Source: Thermodesulfobacteriota bacterium | Lineage (GTDB): Bacteria > Desulfobacterota > Desulfobulbia > Desulfobulbales > SURF-16 | Length of the DNA stretch: 64,000 bases | Direction: 5' to 3' | Assembly (NCBI GenBank): GCA_040755455.1 | Contig: JBFMAY010000017.1 | Location: 10,580-74,579 of the forward strand | Shown: positions 1-10,637 of the stretch, piece after piece | Layout of the letters: every line of letters starts with the position of its first letter | Numbering within the stretch: the stretch's first letter is position 1 | Notes under the pieces: model-generated | Told to the model about the DNA's origin: nothing | The model's input: only the letters and a program-made list of their open reading frames with translations | Database searches by the model: none | Made by a program: the position numbers and the translations under genes

Positions 1-306
1 ACGGTGAATGATGTGGCCGTGTGGCTGGTGAATTAGCCATTACCCGCGGTGACAACTGGGTGAAATAACCCAAAATAGTGACCGGCATGACATTGGTTTG
101 ACTATCACCCGTCGGCCGCCCAGTCAGGTTATCAGACCAATTCGGTGGTGAATGTTTTAACTTTCTGAAATAAAAGGAGATATAAATTTCTTGCACCTAT
201 CTTGCAATTGGATTAAATTTTGCATAAAATAGAAATGTTATTTCTGTATTGACATGCAAAGAAAAATTAACTGATTCAAGAACTCATATTTTCAGAGAGG
301 TGAAAG

Positions 307-663
307 ATGAACATGACTGATGAGCAAAGGATGTACAAACGGTTCAAGGCCCCTGTTGGAACAATCATGTATACGGCCGACAGCATGAGACAGATAGTTG
401 ACATCGGCCCAGGGGGGTTTTCTCTTAATTATCTCGATATGGAAACGTTTGCCAAGGAACAGAAGACTGTTGATATTCTTCTGGGGGGTACCCTGCTGAA
501 AGAAGTTCCTGTCACCGTCGCCTGGGAAGATCAATCTGTATTGTCAGGAAAAGAACCAGCGAAGATGCATAATGTTGTTGGTGTGAGATTTGAGAATCTG
601 ACTGAGCAGCAAAGAGACCTGATCGATGATTTCATCTCGCGGCATATAGCAGGGAATGCCTGA
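307..663 (+). CDS. PilZ-domain-like protein
   Basis: RxxxR (RMYKRF) and D-I-G-x-G-G motifs plus C-terminal GVRF; GAGAGG RBS upstream. Confidence 0.7.
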   Translation: MNMTDEQRMYKRFKAPVGTIMYTADSMRQIVDIGPGGFSLNYLDMETFAKEQKTVDILLGGTLLKEVPVTVAWEDQSVLSGKEPAKMHNVVGVRFENLTEQQRDLIDDFISRHIAGNA

Positions 664-792
664 GACATTTCCGCTCCTATGGCGGCAGCTATGCAGCTAT
701 GATGGCAAGTTTTCCGGCCCAGAGGCCAGCCGGTAAAATATGTAAGTTCTCCTGTGGACTTGCATAAGATCATTTCAGTCAATTGCGTTTAG

Positions 793-2478
793 TCAAGCCT
801 GGCAGGCAGAGGCTGAACCGCGGCAGAGCAGGGCCACCTTATGCAACTCCAGTAGAGCGTTCTCCTTTTCGTTAAGAAAACAGAGAACGCCCTCCTCCCC
901 ATCTGTTAGTCCCAATTCCTGCAGCGTCTCCCCGGAAAATTTGACAAAAAGTGATTGTTTGAAAAAATTGCTTCTGTCTGCATTGTTGTAAAAAGGGAGA
1001 AACTCCTGGGGCAACTCACGCCAGAGCTGTTTTTTTACCTCCCTTAATAGGTGGGGACCGAGATGATCGGGCAGAAAGCGATGGCCGCTGCGCAACCAGT
1101 CATAAATGAGAAGTTCGTGCAATAAACCGCCGCGTGGGTCATTGCGGATAAAATCACAAAGGATTTCGCTCATCAACAGCTGGGTCTTTGCCCTGTTAAA
1201 GAAGTTCCGTTTTCTGCATGAATCCAGCAGTTCCAGAAAAAATTGGAAACCCTCTCGTCCCTTCCTCTGTAGGAATCTGAAAAAGGCCCTGAAATAGCGG
1301 TTGTTGTAAAACGCCTCAACACATTCACCAAACCAGAAAAGTTCAGCCAATTCGTTATGCGTCAGCCACCTGGTGGCCAGGACTTCATACGGGGGATAGT
1401 CGCAATGCTGCATTGAGAATTCCGTCAGCTGCCTGCTGAGGGGGGCATGGGGAAGGACTTTTAGCAGCCCCATCTGGATATAATGGGGACCCACGGAAAA
1501 GATATCGTTAAAGGATTCGCCGAACGTGGCAAAGGTCTCCTGGGGAAGGCCCAGAATAAGGTCCACATGGAGATGGACGGTATTCAGCTGCACCAGGCGT
1601 TTAATGTTGTCCAGCGCAGTGCTGATGCTGCTTTCCCGGTTTATGGCGGCAAGGGTCTTTGCATGGGTGGATTGAATGCCGATCTCAAACTGAAAGAGTT
1701 GCGGCGGTATTGTTTGCAGAAAAAGAAACATCTCCTCAGAAAAGAGATCCGGAGATATTTCAAAGTGAAAGGTGGTCCCCTGGGATATATCGCGAAGAAA
1801 TTGCCAGATTTCAAGCGCTCGTTTGCCCGATGCGTTGAATGTTCTGTCAACAAAACGAAGTCCTTGCGGTTTATGGGCAAGAATCTCTTTGAGTTCAGCG
1901 CGGACCTTTTGCATATCCTTGTAACGGATGCCGGGTTCCAGTGAGGATATGCAGTAACTGCACGAATAAGGGCATCCCCTGGATGATTCATAGTATATAT
2001 GACGGTTGGCAAGTTGAGCGCTGAAGTCGTTTGCCGTAAACGGGGAATCAAAATTTTTGGATCTGGAACCATGGTAGCTTGTCCGCAGCGAACCGCCTTG
2101 GAGATCCGCATAAAAGGACGGGTCTACCCCCTCGATTTCACCGCTGACTATGGTAGAATTTGCCGGAAGATCATCCGGGCTTATGGCAAGTGCCTGGGGG
2201 CCGCCAAGAATAAAACTGGAAAATGGTTGGATTTTGGCAAGATCATTTATTATTCTTTTAATGATAACGGCGTTCCAGATATAAACAGAGAAAAAGAATG
2301 CGTCCGCCCTTAATCCGCTGATTTGCATCAGGGTGGAGTAATAGGGGTCATTGATGGTAAATTGATTGATGTTTATATCAACGTCATCTATATTCTTAAG
2401 TAGTTCTTGTCTCAGATAAAACAGACTGAGGCAGGAGTGGGTAAATCTGCAGTTGAAGCCGATTAAAGCGAATTTCAT
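793..2478 (-). CDS. B12-binding radical SAM protein (DUF4080-type C-terminus)
   Basis: SRGCPYSCSYC radical SAM motif; N-terminal cobalamin-binding-like segment (FSVYIWN, LGGP). Confidence 0.85.
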   Translation of the reverse strand: MKFALIGFNCRFTHSCLSLFYLRQELLKNIDDVDININQFTINDPYYSTLMQISGLRADAFFFSVYIWNAVIIKRIINDLAKIQPFSSFILGGPQALAISPDDLPANSTIVSGEIEGVDPSFYADLQGGSLRTSYHGSRSKNFDSPFTANDFSAQLANRHIYYESSRGCPYSCSYCISSLEPGIRYKDMQKVRAELKEILAHKPQGLRFVDRTFNASGKRALEIWQFLRDISQGTTFHFEISPDLFSEEMFLFLQTIPPQLFQFEIGIQSTHAKTLAAINRESSISTALDNIKRLVQLNTVHLHVDLILGLPQETFATFGESFNDIFSVGPHYIQMGLLKVLPHAPLSRQLTEFSMQHCDYPPYEVLATRWLTHNELAELFWFGECVEAFYNNRYFRAFFRFLQRKGREGFQFFLELLDSCRKRNFFNRAKTQLLMSEILCDFIRNDPRGGLLHELLIYDWLRSGHRFLPDHLGPHLLREVKKQLWRELPQEFLPFYNNADRSNFFKQSLFVKFSGETLQELGLTDGEEGVLCFLNEKENALLELHKVALLCRGSASACQA

Positions 2479-2676
2479 AAGCGGTTTTATGGAGTATAAC
2501 CTATTGATTTGATGAATGTTTTTCTGATGGCATCAAGCAGGTTGACAGCTAAGAAATGCTTGACAGTTATTATTAAAACATTTTAAGACTGTCAAGCTGA
2601 TTACGTTTCTTAAATAAGGTATTTTCATCGATCGCGCCATATCCTGCGATTTAAAGATATTTGTTAAACAAAAATA

Positions 2677-3465
2677 ATGATTTCTTTCATATCCAAGCTC
2701 GGAGATTTATTTCTCTATATGGTCCGTGATCTGGGGCGCATGGGGCTTTTTCTGCTGTCTGCCCTGATGGGAATCTTTTCACGCCCCTTCCGCTTCCGTG
2801 AGACCGTGCGACAGATTCAGATTATCGGGGCAAATTCATTTGCCGTGATTTTTTTCATTTCTATTTTTACCGGCATGGTGCTTGGCCTGCAGGGCTATTA
2901 TACCTTGCGGAAATTCGGATCGGAAGGAATGCTTGGTTCTGCCGTCGCCTTGAGCCTGATTCGCGAGCTCGGTCCGGTTCTCACTGCCCTGATGGTTACA
3001 GGACGCGCCGGTTCTGCAATGTGTGCCGAGATCGGCATCATGCGCAATAGCGAACAGATTGATGCCCTGGAGTGCATGGCCGTCAGTCCTTTCCGTTATC
3101 TCATCACCCCCAAATTTCTTGCCACAATCATCTCGCTGCCAATTCTGACTCAGTTTTTTAATGTTATCGGCATAGCCGGGGGCTATGTGGCAGGAGTTGT
3201 TCTGCTCGGAGTAAATCCGGGAGCCTTTTATAATGGCATTGAACAGAGCGTTGTGAATGAGGATATCAATCTCGGTATCGTCAAATCCTTTGTTTTTGCC
3301 CTGCTGGTGGTTTGGATCTGTACGGGACGAGGGTATTTTGTGCATATTCTGCGTAACGCAGGATTCGGTGCCGAAGGTGTCAGCCGGGCAACAACCCAGG
3401 CAGTGGTGCTTTCCTCAATCTCCGTATTGATCTGGGATTATCTGATTACAGCGATCATGCTATGA
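2677..3465 (+). CDS. mlaE: MlaE-family ABC permease
   Basis: RELGPVLTALMVTGRAGSAMCAEIG and EQIDALE motifs. Confidence 0.92.
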   Translation: MISFISKLGDLFLYMVRDLGRMGLFLLSALMGIFSRPFRFRETVRQIQIIGANSFAVIFFISIFTGMVLGLQGYYTLRKFGSEGMLGSAVALSLIRELGPVLTALMVTGRAGSAMCAEIGIMRNSEQIDALECMAVSPFRYLITPKFLATIISLPILTQFFNVIGIAGGYVAGVVLLGVNPGAFYNGIEQSVVNEDINLGIVKSFVFALLVVWICTGRGYFVHILRNAGFGAEGVSRATTQAVVLSSISVLIWDYLITAIML

Positions 3466-4238
3466 GTTCCTCGATAATCGAATTCCATAATGTGGTAAAG
3501 GCGTTTGGTCAACAGCGGGTTCTTGACGATGTTACTGTTTCTTTTGTGTCAGGCAAGACAACCGTGATTGCTGGAGGTAGCGGCCAGGGAAAAAGTGTCA
3601 CGTTAAAGCTTATCCTCGGTCTATTAACCCCGGATTCCGGGCAGATTCTGGTGAACGGCCGTGACATCACCCGGATGAGGCTGCGGGAATTAAATAAAAT
3701 CCGTGAGAGATTCGGGGTATTATTCCAGGGAGCCGCACTCCTTGATTCAATGACGGTTTTTGAAAACGTTGCTTTGCCTCTGCAGGAAAGAACTAAATAT
3801 AAAAGCCAGGAGATCGCGCAACGAGTCAGGCAAATGCTTGCCCAGTTCAATCTTGAGGGCCACGAAGAAAAATTTCCTGCTCAGCTCAGCGGCGGGATGA
3901 AAAAGAGGGTCGGTCTGGCCAGGGCATTGATGCTGCAGCCGGATATCATGCTCTTTGATGAGCCGACCACAGGTCTTGATCCTCAGATAACAATGGATAT
4001 CTACAGGCTTTTTTTTAAAAGCCAGAAGCAGTTCGGCTATACGTCGATCATCGTCAGCCATGATATCCCAAAGGTGTTTAATCTGGCAGATCAGGTTATC
4101 TTGTTAAATAAAGGGAAAATGGTTACTTTTTCAAGTCCTGAAGATATTCCTCTAAGCAGCGAACCACAGATTGTTTCCTTTGCCACCGAAACCATGGGGC
4201 ATATCTATTCAAGCAGAAAGATGGAACATAACCTATGA
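3462..4238 (+). CDS. mlaF: MlaF-family ABC ATPase
   Basis: Walker A GGSGQGKS, signature LSGGMKKR, DEPTTGLDP; overlaps mlaE stop. Confidence 0.92.
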   Translation: MSSSIIEFHNVVKAFGQQRVLDDVTVSFVSGKTTVIAGGSGQGKSVTLKLILGLLTPDSGQILVNGRDITRMRLRELNKIRERFGVLFQGAALLDSMTVFENVALPLQERTKYKSQEIAQRVRQMLAQFNLEGHEEKFPAQLSGGMKKRVGLARALMLQPDIMLFDEPTTGLDPQITMDIYRLFFKSQKQFGYTSIIVSHDIPKVFNLADQVILLNKGKMVTFSSPEDIPLSSEPQIVSFATETMGHIYSSRKMEHNL

Positions 4239-4681
4239 GAAAAGCCAATGTTGAATTTATTGTGGGGATATTCTTAATCCTCGGTTTTCTTGCCTTTGCT
4301 TACATTTCATTGCAGTTCGGCGAATTTTCAGTTTTTTCCAAAGGACAGAATTATACCATATTAGCCGATTTCGACAGTGCTGCAGGCTTGAAAAAAGGGG
4401 CAATGGTAACAATTGCTGGCGTCAGCGTGGGGAAGGTATCAAATATCAGACTGACAAACGAACAGCAGGCCGAAGTGGCACTTTATCTTTCAAATGAGGT
4501 CAAGGTCACGGAGGATGCGATTGCCTCCATCAAAACCCAGGGAATTATAGGCGACAAGTATATCCGCATCAGTCAGGGAGGTTCGGACACCTATCTCGCC
4601 GAGGGGGGGATGATCACTGAAACGGAATCTGCCGTCGATCTTGAAGAGTTGATCAGCAAATACATATTTGGTAATGTATAA
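4235..4681 (+). CDS. mlaD: MCE/MlaD protein
   Basis: N-terminal TM, GLKKGAMVTIAGVSVGKV, IKTQGIIGDKYI. Confidence 0.92.
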   Translation: MRKANVEFIVGIFLILGFLAFAYISLQFGEFSVFSKGQNYTILADFDSAAGLKKGAMVTIAGVSVGKVSNIRLTNEQQAEVALYLSNEVKVTEDAIASIKTQGIIGDKYIRISQGGSDTYLAEGGMITETESAVDLEELISKYIFGNV

Positions 4682-4757
4682 TCACTATCGGCCTGTTTTT
4701 ACGGATCAACCGTGATTACTCCGCGTTAAAATCCTATATGGTAAAAGATGAGAGGGA

Positions 4758-5402
4758 ATGGAAATAACAAATAAACCGCATAGTGTTCCCCTGTTGTTGT
4801 CGCTAGTGATAGCGTTTTTTGTTTTTTTCAATGATTCCGCCCCAAGTAAGGCTGCCAATGAACCAATAGATCAGCTGCACCAGTCTGTTGACCAGATTCT
4901 GGCTATTTTACGACGAGACGTTCCGGGCGAGCAGTGGGTAGTTAAAAAAGAAGAAATTGTCGGGATTGTCAAAAGCAGGTTCGATGCCGATGAACTCGCT
5001 CAGCGTGTTTTGGCGCTTAACTGGAAATCGAGAACTGAGCGGGAAAAAGAGCAGTTTATTTCTCTTTTTTCCCAGGTGCTTGAAACGACGTATATTAACA
5101 GGCTCAAGTCATATTCCAATGAAGCGGTAACATTCAAAAAGCAGATCGTCAGCAGTGACAAGGCGGTTGTCTATAGTGAGATTGTAAAAAATGATCAAGA
5201 AATTCCGATAGTTTACCGTGTGAAAGATACGGAGGGACAATGGCTGATCTATGATATCATTATAGAAGGAGTCAGTCTCGTCCAAAACTACCGGCAACAA
5301 TTCGATCAGATAATCAAAAGCGAAGGTTATGCCGGGCTTGTTCGACGCATGGAAGAAAAAATTCAGGAAAACAAAGAAAAGGATATTGAGGAAAAGGATT
5401 AG
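4758..5402 (+). CDS. mlaC: MlaC/Ttg2D phospholipid-binding protein
   Basis: signal peptide; WLIYDIIIEGVSLVQNYRQQF. Confidence 0.9.
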   Translation: MEITNKPHSVPLLLSLVIAFFVFFNDSAPSKAANEPIDQLHQSVDQILAILRRDVPGEQWVVKKEEIVGIVKSRFDADELAQRVLALNWKSRTEREKEQFISLFSQVLETTYINRLKSYSNEAVTFKKQIVSSDKAVVYSEIVKNDQEIPIVYRVKDTEGQWLIYDIIIEGVSLVQNYRQQFDQIIKSEGYAGLVRRMEEKIQENKEKDIEEKD

Positions 5403-5519
5403 GGGTGTATGTAATCATTACATTTCTAATCATTTTGGTATGGCCCCCTATGCCGGTCACACTTGAGATGTTGCAGTTATTTTTTACAACGGTTTAGTAG
5501 GATTCAACGACGAGGAATT

Positions 5520-6335
5520 ATGGTTATAAAAGATTTTGTCAATGCGAAATTAATCGCTGTTTTCGTGTTTCTGCTGATGCTGCTGGCAGGGGGGCACAAC
5601 AACAGTCGCCCGGGTGTAAATTTTCAAGCACAGGCATGGGCGGCAGAGGAGATAGGCGAGGTCGCTGTCCTCGACGACATGGATGAGCATGAGATTGAAA
5701 CGGAAATCAGTGATCCGCTTGAACCTGTGAATCGTTTCTTTTTCCAGTTCAATGACAAGCTTTATTTCTGGGCATTAAAGCCGGTAGCCCGGGTCTATGG
5801 TGCGATTTTGCCCCAAGACTTTCGTATCTGTATTCGTAATGCCTTTCATAACGTGCTGTTCCCTGTTCGCTTTGTCAATAATGTACTACAGGGAAAGTTT
5901 AAAAATGCCGGCATTGAATTATCCCGTTTCGCCATTAACACAACCGCTGGTGTGGCGGGTTTCGGCGATCCTGCCAAGGATGTATTCCACCTTGAAATAA
6001 AGGAAGAGGATCTGGGGCAGACTTTCGGATACTGGGGAATTGGTAATGGTATTTATTTCTGCTGGCCGATCATAGGGCCGTCCACTTTGCGGGATTCCGT
6101 TGGTTTATTCGGGGATTCCTACCTGAGTCCTCTTGGCTGGGTCATGGAAGATAACCTGGATGATGGCCTGGCTTTAAATGCCGGCCAGCAAGTGAATAAC
6201 ACCTCTTTGGTTATCGGTGATTACGAGGCATTTCTCGAATCGTCATTTGATCCTTATATTTCTCTGCGGGATGCATATATCCAGTATCGTCAGAGTAAAA
6301 TCAAAGATTCAAAGCAGAATAATAAAATTTATTAA
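5520..6335 (+). CDS. mlaA: MlaA/VacJ-family protein
   Basis: DPLEPVNRFFFQFND, EDLGQTFGYWG, GPSTLRD; start chosen at ATG after GAGG (uncertain). Confidence 0.88.
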   Translation: MVIKDFVNAKLIAVFVFLLMLLAGGHNNSRPGVNFQAQAWAAEEIGEVAVLDDMDEHEIETEISDPLEPVNRFFFQFNDKLYFWALKPVARVYGAILPQDFRICIRNAFHNVLFPVRFVNNVLQGKFKNAGIELSRFAINTTAGVAGFGDPAKDVFHLEIKEEDLGQTFGYWGIGNGIYFCWPIIGPSTLRDSVGLFGDSYLSPLGWVMEDNLDDGLALNAGQQVNNTSLVIGDYEAFLESSFDPYISLRDAYIQYRQSKIKDSKQNNKIY

Positions 6336-6430
6336 AATTTCCCTGGCGACCGATCATTGGTGTACTGCCCACGGTCGCCCTGGGGGATTTTTTTCATTTT
6401 TACTTCGATCCGGTTATTACTTAATCCGCT

Positions 6431-7063
6431 ATGAATGAATTTACTTTTCGTTTCAAAACAAGGGCAATATTTATGTGTTGTCTGGTTGCCCTGTTATTGA
6501 ATACCCGCGAGGCGGCCAGTCTGAACAGTCCTTCTGACTACATGCAATGCGCGGTCGAGGAGGTAATGGCTATCCTGAAAGATGATCAGCTGAAACTTCC
6601 TGAAAGAAGCCAGGACCGAAGGAAACTGATCCTTACGGTTATTCGTTATCATTTTGATTTTGAAGAGATGTCGAAATTGGCTATGGGGGCGCATTGGAAG
6701 GAGATATCTGATAATGATAAAGGCCATTTTGTTGAGATTTTTTCTCAGTTGGTGGAAAATTCCTACATAAACAAAATTGAAGCTTACTCGGATCAGCAGA
6801 TCATTTTTTTGAAAGAATCAGTACAGGAAAACAAATCGTTGGTGCCTACCCTTATCAAGCATAACAATCTCGATATCCCGATTCATTATAAACTCCATAA
6901 AGCCCACGACAGATGGCGTGTTTACGATGTGGTTATTGAGGGTGTCAGTCTGGTGCAAAATTACCGCAGCCAGTTCAGCAGTATTATCATGAAAGAAAAA
7001 TATGCGGGACTGGTCCAGCGGATTGATGAAAAACTGGGGAAAATTGCGGTGGAAGGGCGATAG
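6431..7063 (+). CDS. mlaC: second MlaC/Ttg2D paralogue
   Basis: WRVYDVVIEGVSLVQNYRSQF. Confidence 0.88.
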   Translation: MNEFTFRFKTRAIFMCCLVALLLNTREAASLNSPSDYMQCAVEEVMAILKDDQLKLPERSQDRRKLILTVIRYHFDFEEMSKLAMGAHWKEISDNDKGHFVEIFSQLVENSYINKIEAYSDQQIIFLKESVQENKSLVPTLIKHNNLDIPIHYKLHKAHDRWRVYDVVIEGVSLVQNYRSQFSSIIMKEKYAGLVQRIDEKLGKIAVEGR

Positions 7064-7071
7064 GCACTGTT

Positions 7072-7548
7072 ATGCAAGACACGCACGAAAAAGCATCTGC
7101 ATCACAGATATCCTCCCGGCAGTTTCATGAGGTGTTCCCTGATTTCACAGAAAATGAGGTTGATACGCTTTTTTGTTATCTTGAACTCCGTCACTATTTG
7201 CAGGGAGCGGTTGTCTGGCAACAGGGAGACCCCATGGAGTTTATGGGATTTCTGGTGAACGGCAGGTTGGTTGTCAAGCGGGAAGGCCGATTCCCAGGCA
7301 AACATATCATCCTTGCAATTTTAGAAAAAGGCTCCCTGTTTGGGGAGATGGCCGTCGTAGCAACCCATCAACATTCAGTCACGATTTCCGCTGTTGAAGA
7401 AACACGGTCCTGTGTTCTTTCCTTTGATAATGCCCAGCAGCTTTTTCAGAAAGAACCTGTTTTGTCTATCAAACTTCTCAAGAAAATCGTGGTAGTTTCC
7501 GGCTTGCGCTTGCAGCATACGGGATCAAGGCTGGCGGAACTTCTTTAG
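7072..7548 (+). CDS. cyclic-nucleotide-binding domain protein
   Basis: QQGDP...GSLFGEMA cNMP-binding pattern; no HTH domain apparent. Confidence 0.8.
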   Translation: MQDTHEKASASQISSRQFHEVFPDFTENEVDTLFCYLELRHYLQGAVVWQQGDPMEFMGFLVNGRLVVKREGRFPGKHIILAILEKGSLFGEMAVVATHQHSVTISAVEETRSCVLSFDNAQQLFQKEPVLSIKLLKKIVVVSGLRLQHTGSRLAELL

Positions 7549-7680
7549 CTGCATAACGCTTCTTTTTTGTTCATTTCCTTTCTATTTCCGTTTGCCTTTA
7601 ATGAAAGCTCTTGACAAGAAATTAATTTTATTTATAATTTCTTGTTCCTTTGCCTGGTATAAATCGCTTTTGGTGCATGT

Positions 7681-8193
7681 GTGGTGAAGATAGATTTTTA
7701 TGAAATTCCGGAAGAGGGCTTGACTCTCTCTGTGGACGATGCTCATTGGTTCCCGCAGGATCTGGAAAGGCTGGGCAGAGCGGAGGCTTTGCTCAGGCTG
7801 AAAAGACGTGGGCAGCGTGTTGCGGTTGCTGGAAGATTCACCACGACGGTAGTCTTTGAATGTGACCGCTGTCTGGGGAAGTTTCATTTACCGCTGGATG
7901 CTGATTTCAGCATAGATCTGGAGCTTCCGGGTGACGACAAACGCCAAATGGAGGAAAAAGACCATTACTGTCACGACAGCGAGATGGATGTGGACATCCT
8001 TCAGGATAGTGAAATTAATATAACCGACATCTTGCAGCAGCAGTTATACCTGGCCGTGCCCATGAAAAAACTCTGCTCCGACGACTGTCGTGGGATGTGT
8101 AGTAAATGCGGAGCAAATCTTAATAATGAACAATGTCGATGTCAGCCGGATACCTCTTCGCCCTTTAGTGTGTTAGCCAGGTTGAAGGGTTGA
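7681..8193 (+). CDS. yceD: DUF177/YceD-family protein
   Basis: ECDRCL and LCSDDCRGMCSKCGANLN; position directly before rpmF. Confidence 0.9.
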   Translation: MVKIDFYEIPEEGLTLSVDDAHWFPQDLERLGRAEALLRLKRRGQRVAVAGRFTTTVVFECDRCLGKFHLPLDADFSIDLELPGDDKRQMEEKDHYCHDSEMDVDILQDSEINITDILQQQLYLAVPMKKLCSDDCRGMCSKCGANLNNEQCRCQPDTSSPFSVLARLKG

Positions 8194-8259
8194 TATGTAT
8201 GCAGTAATTTTTAAAAGTTAATTTTTTTTCACATGAACTCGTTGGTTGGAGGAAAAATA

Positions 8260-8451
8260 ATGGCCTTACCGAAAAGAAGACACTCTCGTTCCCGCACCAG
8301 AATCCGCCGTGCCCATGACGGATTGACCGCACCCACCATTTCCACTTGTTCCGAGTGTGGTGAACCGAAACTGCCACATCGGCTCTGTTCCGGATGCGGT
8401 TCCTACAAAGGTCGTAAAGTGATCGATCTTGGTGAAGAAGATCTTGACTAA
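8260..8451 (+). CDS. rpmF: 50S ribosomal protein L32
   Basis: [23 protein letters not shown]...[17 protein letters not shown]. Confidence 0.97.
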   Translation: MALPKRRHSRSRTRIRRAHDGLTAPTISTCSECGEPKLPHRLCSGCGSYKGRKVIDLGEEDLD

Positions 8452-8585
8452 ACTCCCTTGGCTGGATGTGGGGCAGCAGTGATCTGCCATAAAACTGTCT
8501 CAAGATGCAAAGACCTGGGAAATGGAGTGAAGAGCCTGCTTCAGTTACATAAGAAACGTGCTCATGCGGCCAGAGGAGAAGTTGC

Positions 8586-9623
8586 GTGCGGATAGCTCTT
8601 GATGCCATGGGAAGTGACCGTGGCCCTGCGGAAATGGTTGCAGGTGCCGCGTTGGCAGTCCGTGAAGCTGATGTGCATATAACCATAGTCGGTGGTGAGG
8701 AGCAGATTAAACCCGCCCTGAAAAAAGAGGGCATCTCTCAGCTGGTTGACTTTGTCCCGACCTCCCAGGTCATTACAATGCACGATTCACCAATAGAGGC
8801 CGTTCGTAAAAAGAAAGATTCTTCTATTGTCGTTGCCTTTGAACTTCTCAAAAAGGGTGGCGTTGATGCCGTGGTAAGTCCCGGAAATTCCGGTGCCGTC
8901 ATGGCCGCTGCCATCAAATTTCTCGGCAGGTTAAAGGATATATCACGTCCGGGCATTGCCAGTGTTTTCCCGACGCTGAAAGGACCGGTTGTGGTCATGG
9001 ATGTCGGCGCAAATGTTGATTGCCGTGCGAAACACCTGTTCCAGTTCGGCGTTATGGCTTCCGCTTTTTCCCGCATCATGTATGGTATTGAAAACCCCCG
9101 GGTCGGTCTGCTCAGTATTGGCGAAGAGGGCGGCAAGGGAAATGCGCTGGTGAAAAGCGCCCATTCCCTCTTTCAGAGCAGCGGACTGAACTATATAGGC
9201 AATGTCGAGGGCCGTGATACATTTATCGGCGATGTGGATGTTATCGTCTGTGACGGGTTTGTCGGCAATGTCTGTCTGAAGCTCAGTGAGGGGTTGGCTG
9301 AAGCTGTGTTAGCCATGCTCAGGGAGGAAATCGGTAAATCATTCAAAGCGAGAATGGGATATTTTCTCGCCCGGCATGCCTTCAGCAACTTCAAAAAACG
9401 TGTCGATTATGCCGAATATGGTGGCGCCCCACTGCTTGGCTTTAACGGCACCGGAGTTATCTGCCATGGCCGATCCAATATGCTGGCCATTAAGAATGCC
9501 CTGCTCGTGGCAGATGGTCTGACCAAGCATCATGTTAATGACCATATTCTCGCAATGCTTGAAAATACACAACCGGCTTTATCTCATTTTGATGAAAGTG
9601 ATGTCCCGGCGGGAGCTGCTTAA
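8586..9623 (+). CDS. plsX: phosphate acyltransferase PlsX
   Basis: RIALDAMGSD, DVGANVD, DGFVGNV, YGGAPLLG. Confidence 0.96.
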   Translation: MRIALDAMGSDRGPAEMVAGAALAVREADVHITIVGGEEQIKPALKKEGISQLVDFVPTSQVITMHDSPIEAVRKKKDSSIVVAFELLKKGGVDAVVSPGNSGAVMAAAIKFLGRLKDISRPGIASVFPTLKGPVVVMDVGANVDCRAKHLFQFGVMASAFSRIMYGIENPRVGLLSIGEEGGKGNALVKSAHSLFQSSGLNYIGNVEGRDTFIGDVDVIVCDGFVGNVCLKLSEGLAEAVLAMLREEIGKSFKARMGYFLARHAFSNFKKRVDYAEYGGAPLLGFNGTGVICHGRSNMLAIKNALLVADGLTKHHVNDHILAMLENTQPALSHFDESDVPAGAA

Positions 9624-10601
9624 ATGAACAGATTGGTTGTCCTTGGCACTGGCTCAGCCCTGCCGGAAAGAGTGCTGTCCAATGCGGACCTGGAAAAAAT
9701 GGTGGATACCACTGACGAGTGGATTACCACCCGCACGGGCATAAAAAACAGACGTATCGCCGGCCAGGGAGAGGAAACCTCCAAACTCGCCACCGCAGCC
9801 GCCGGCAGAGCGCTGGACATGGCTCAGCTGACACCTGATGATATCGACATGATTATCGTCGGCACGATTACCTCCGATATGGGCATGCCGTCATGTGCCT
9901 GCCTGGTGCAGAAAGAGCTTGGGGCGACAAACGCCTTTGCATTGGATATCAATGCCGCCTGTTCGGGTTTTGTCTATTGTCTCGATGTGGCGGATAAATA
10001 TGTCAAAGCGGATCCGGACATGAAAATTCTGGTTATCGGCGCTGAGACTTTATCGGGCCGGGTCAACTGGGAAGATCGCAACACCTGCGTCCTCTTTGGC
10101 GATGGAGCGGGGGCCTGCGTGGTTACCGGAACAACAGAGCAACGCGGCATGCTGGCCAGTAAACTCTTTTCAGACGGCAGTCTTTACAAGCTGCTCTATA
10201 TGGACGGGGCGCCGAGCATGAACAAGGATCTGTTCTGTAAGGACAATGACGGCTCCTATATCAAGATGGCCGGCCGGGATGTCTTCAAGTATGCCGTGCG
10301 CTCCATGGACGTGGCTATCCATCATGTGCTCGACCGGGAGCAGGTCTCTGTTGATGAGGTGGCCCTGATTATTCCCCATCAGGCCAATATCCGTATCTTG
10401 AAAAGTCTGGGAGAAAGGCTCGGGGTGGCCAGTGAAAAAATCTACATAAATCTGGACAAATATGGTAATACATCGGCGGCTAGTATCCCGATAGCCTTGG
10501 ATGAGGCAAATCGGCAAGGGCGTATCAATCCCGGAGATCTTGTGTTGCTCTGCGCCTTTGGCGGAGGTTTTACCTGGGGCGCCTCTTTATTTCGATGGTA
10601 G
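9624..10601 (+). CDS. fabH: beta-ketoacyl-ACP synthase III
   Basis: AACSGF, PHQAN, YGNTSAAS catalytic motifs. Confidence 0.96.
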   Translation: MNRLVVLGTGSALPERVLSNADLEKMVDTTDEWITTRTGIKNRRIAGQGEETSKLATAAAGRALDMAQLTPDDIDMIIVGTITSDMGMPSCACLVQKELGATNAFALDINAACSGFVYCLDVADKYVKADPDMKILVIGAETLSGRVNWEDRNTCVLFGDGAGACVVTGTTEQRGMLASKLFSDGSLYKLLYMDGAPSMNKDLFCKDNDGSYIKMAGRDVFKYAVRSMDVAIHHVLDREQVSVDEVALIIPHQANIRILKSLGERLGVASEKIYINLDKYGNTSAASIPIALDEANRQGRINPGDLVLLCAFGGGFTWGASLFRW

Positions 10602-10637
10602 AATTTTTGATGATAATTTTTTGTTGAGGAGTACGCT

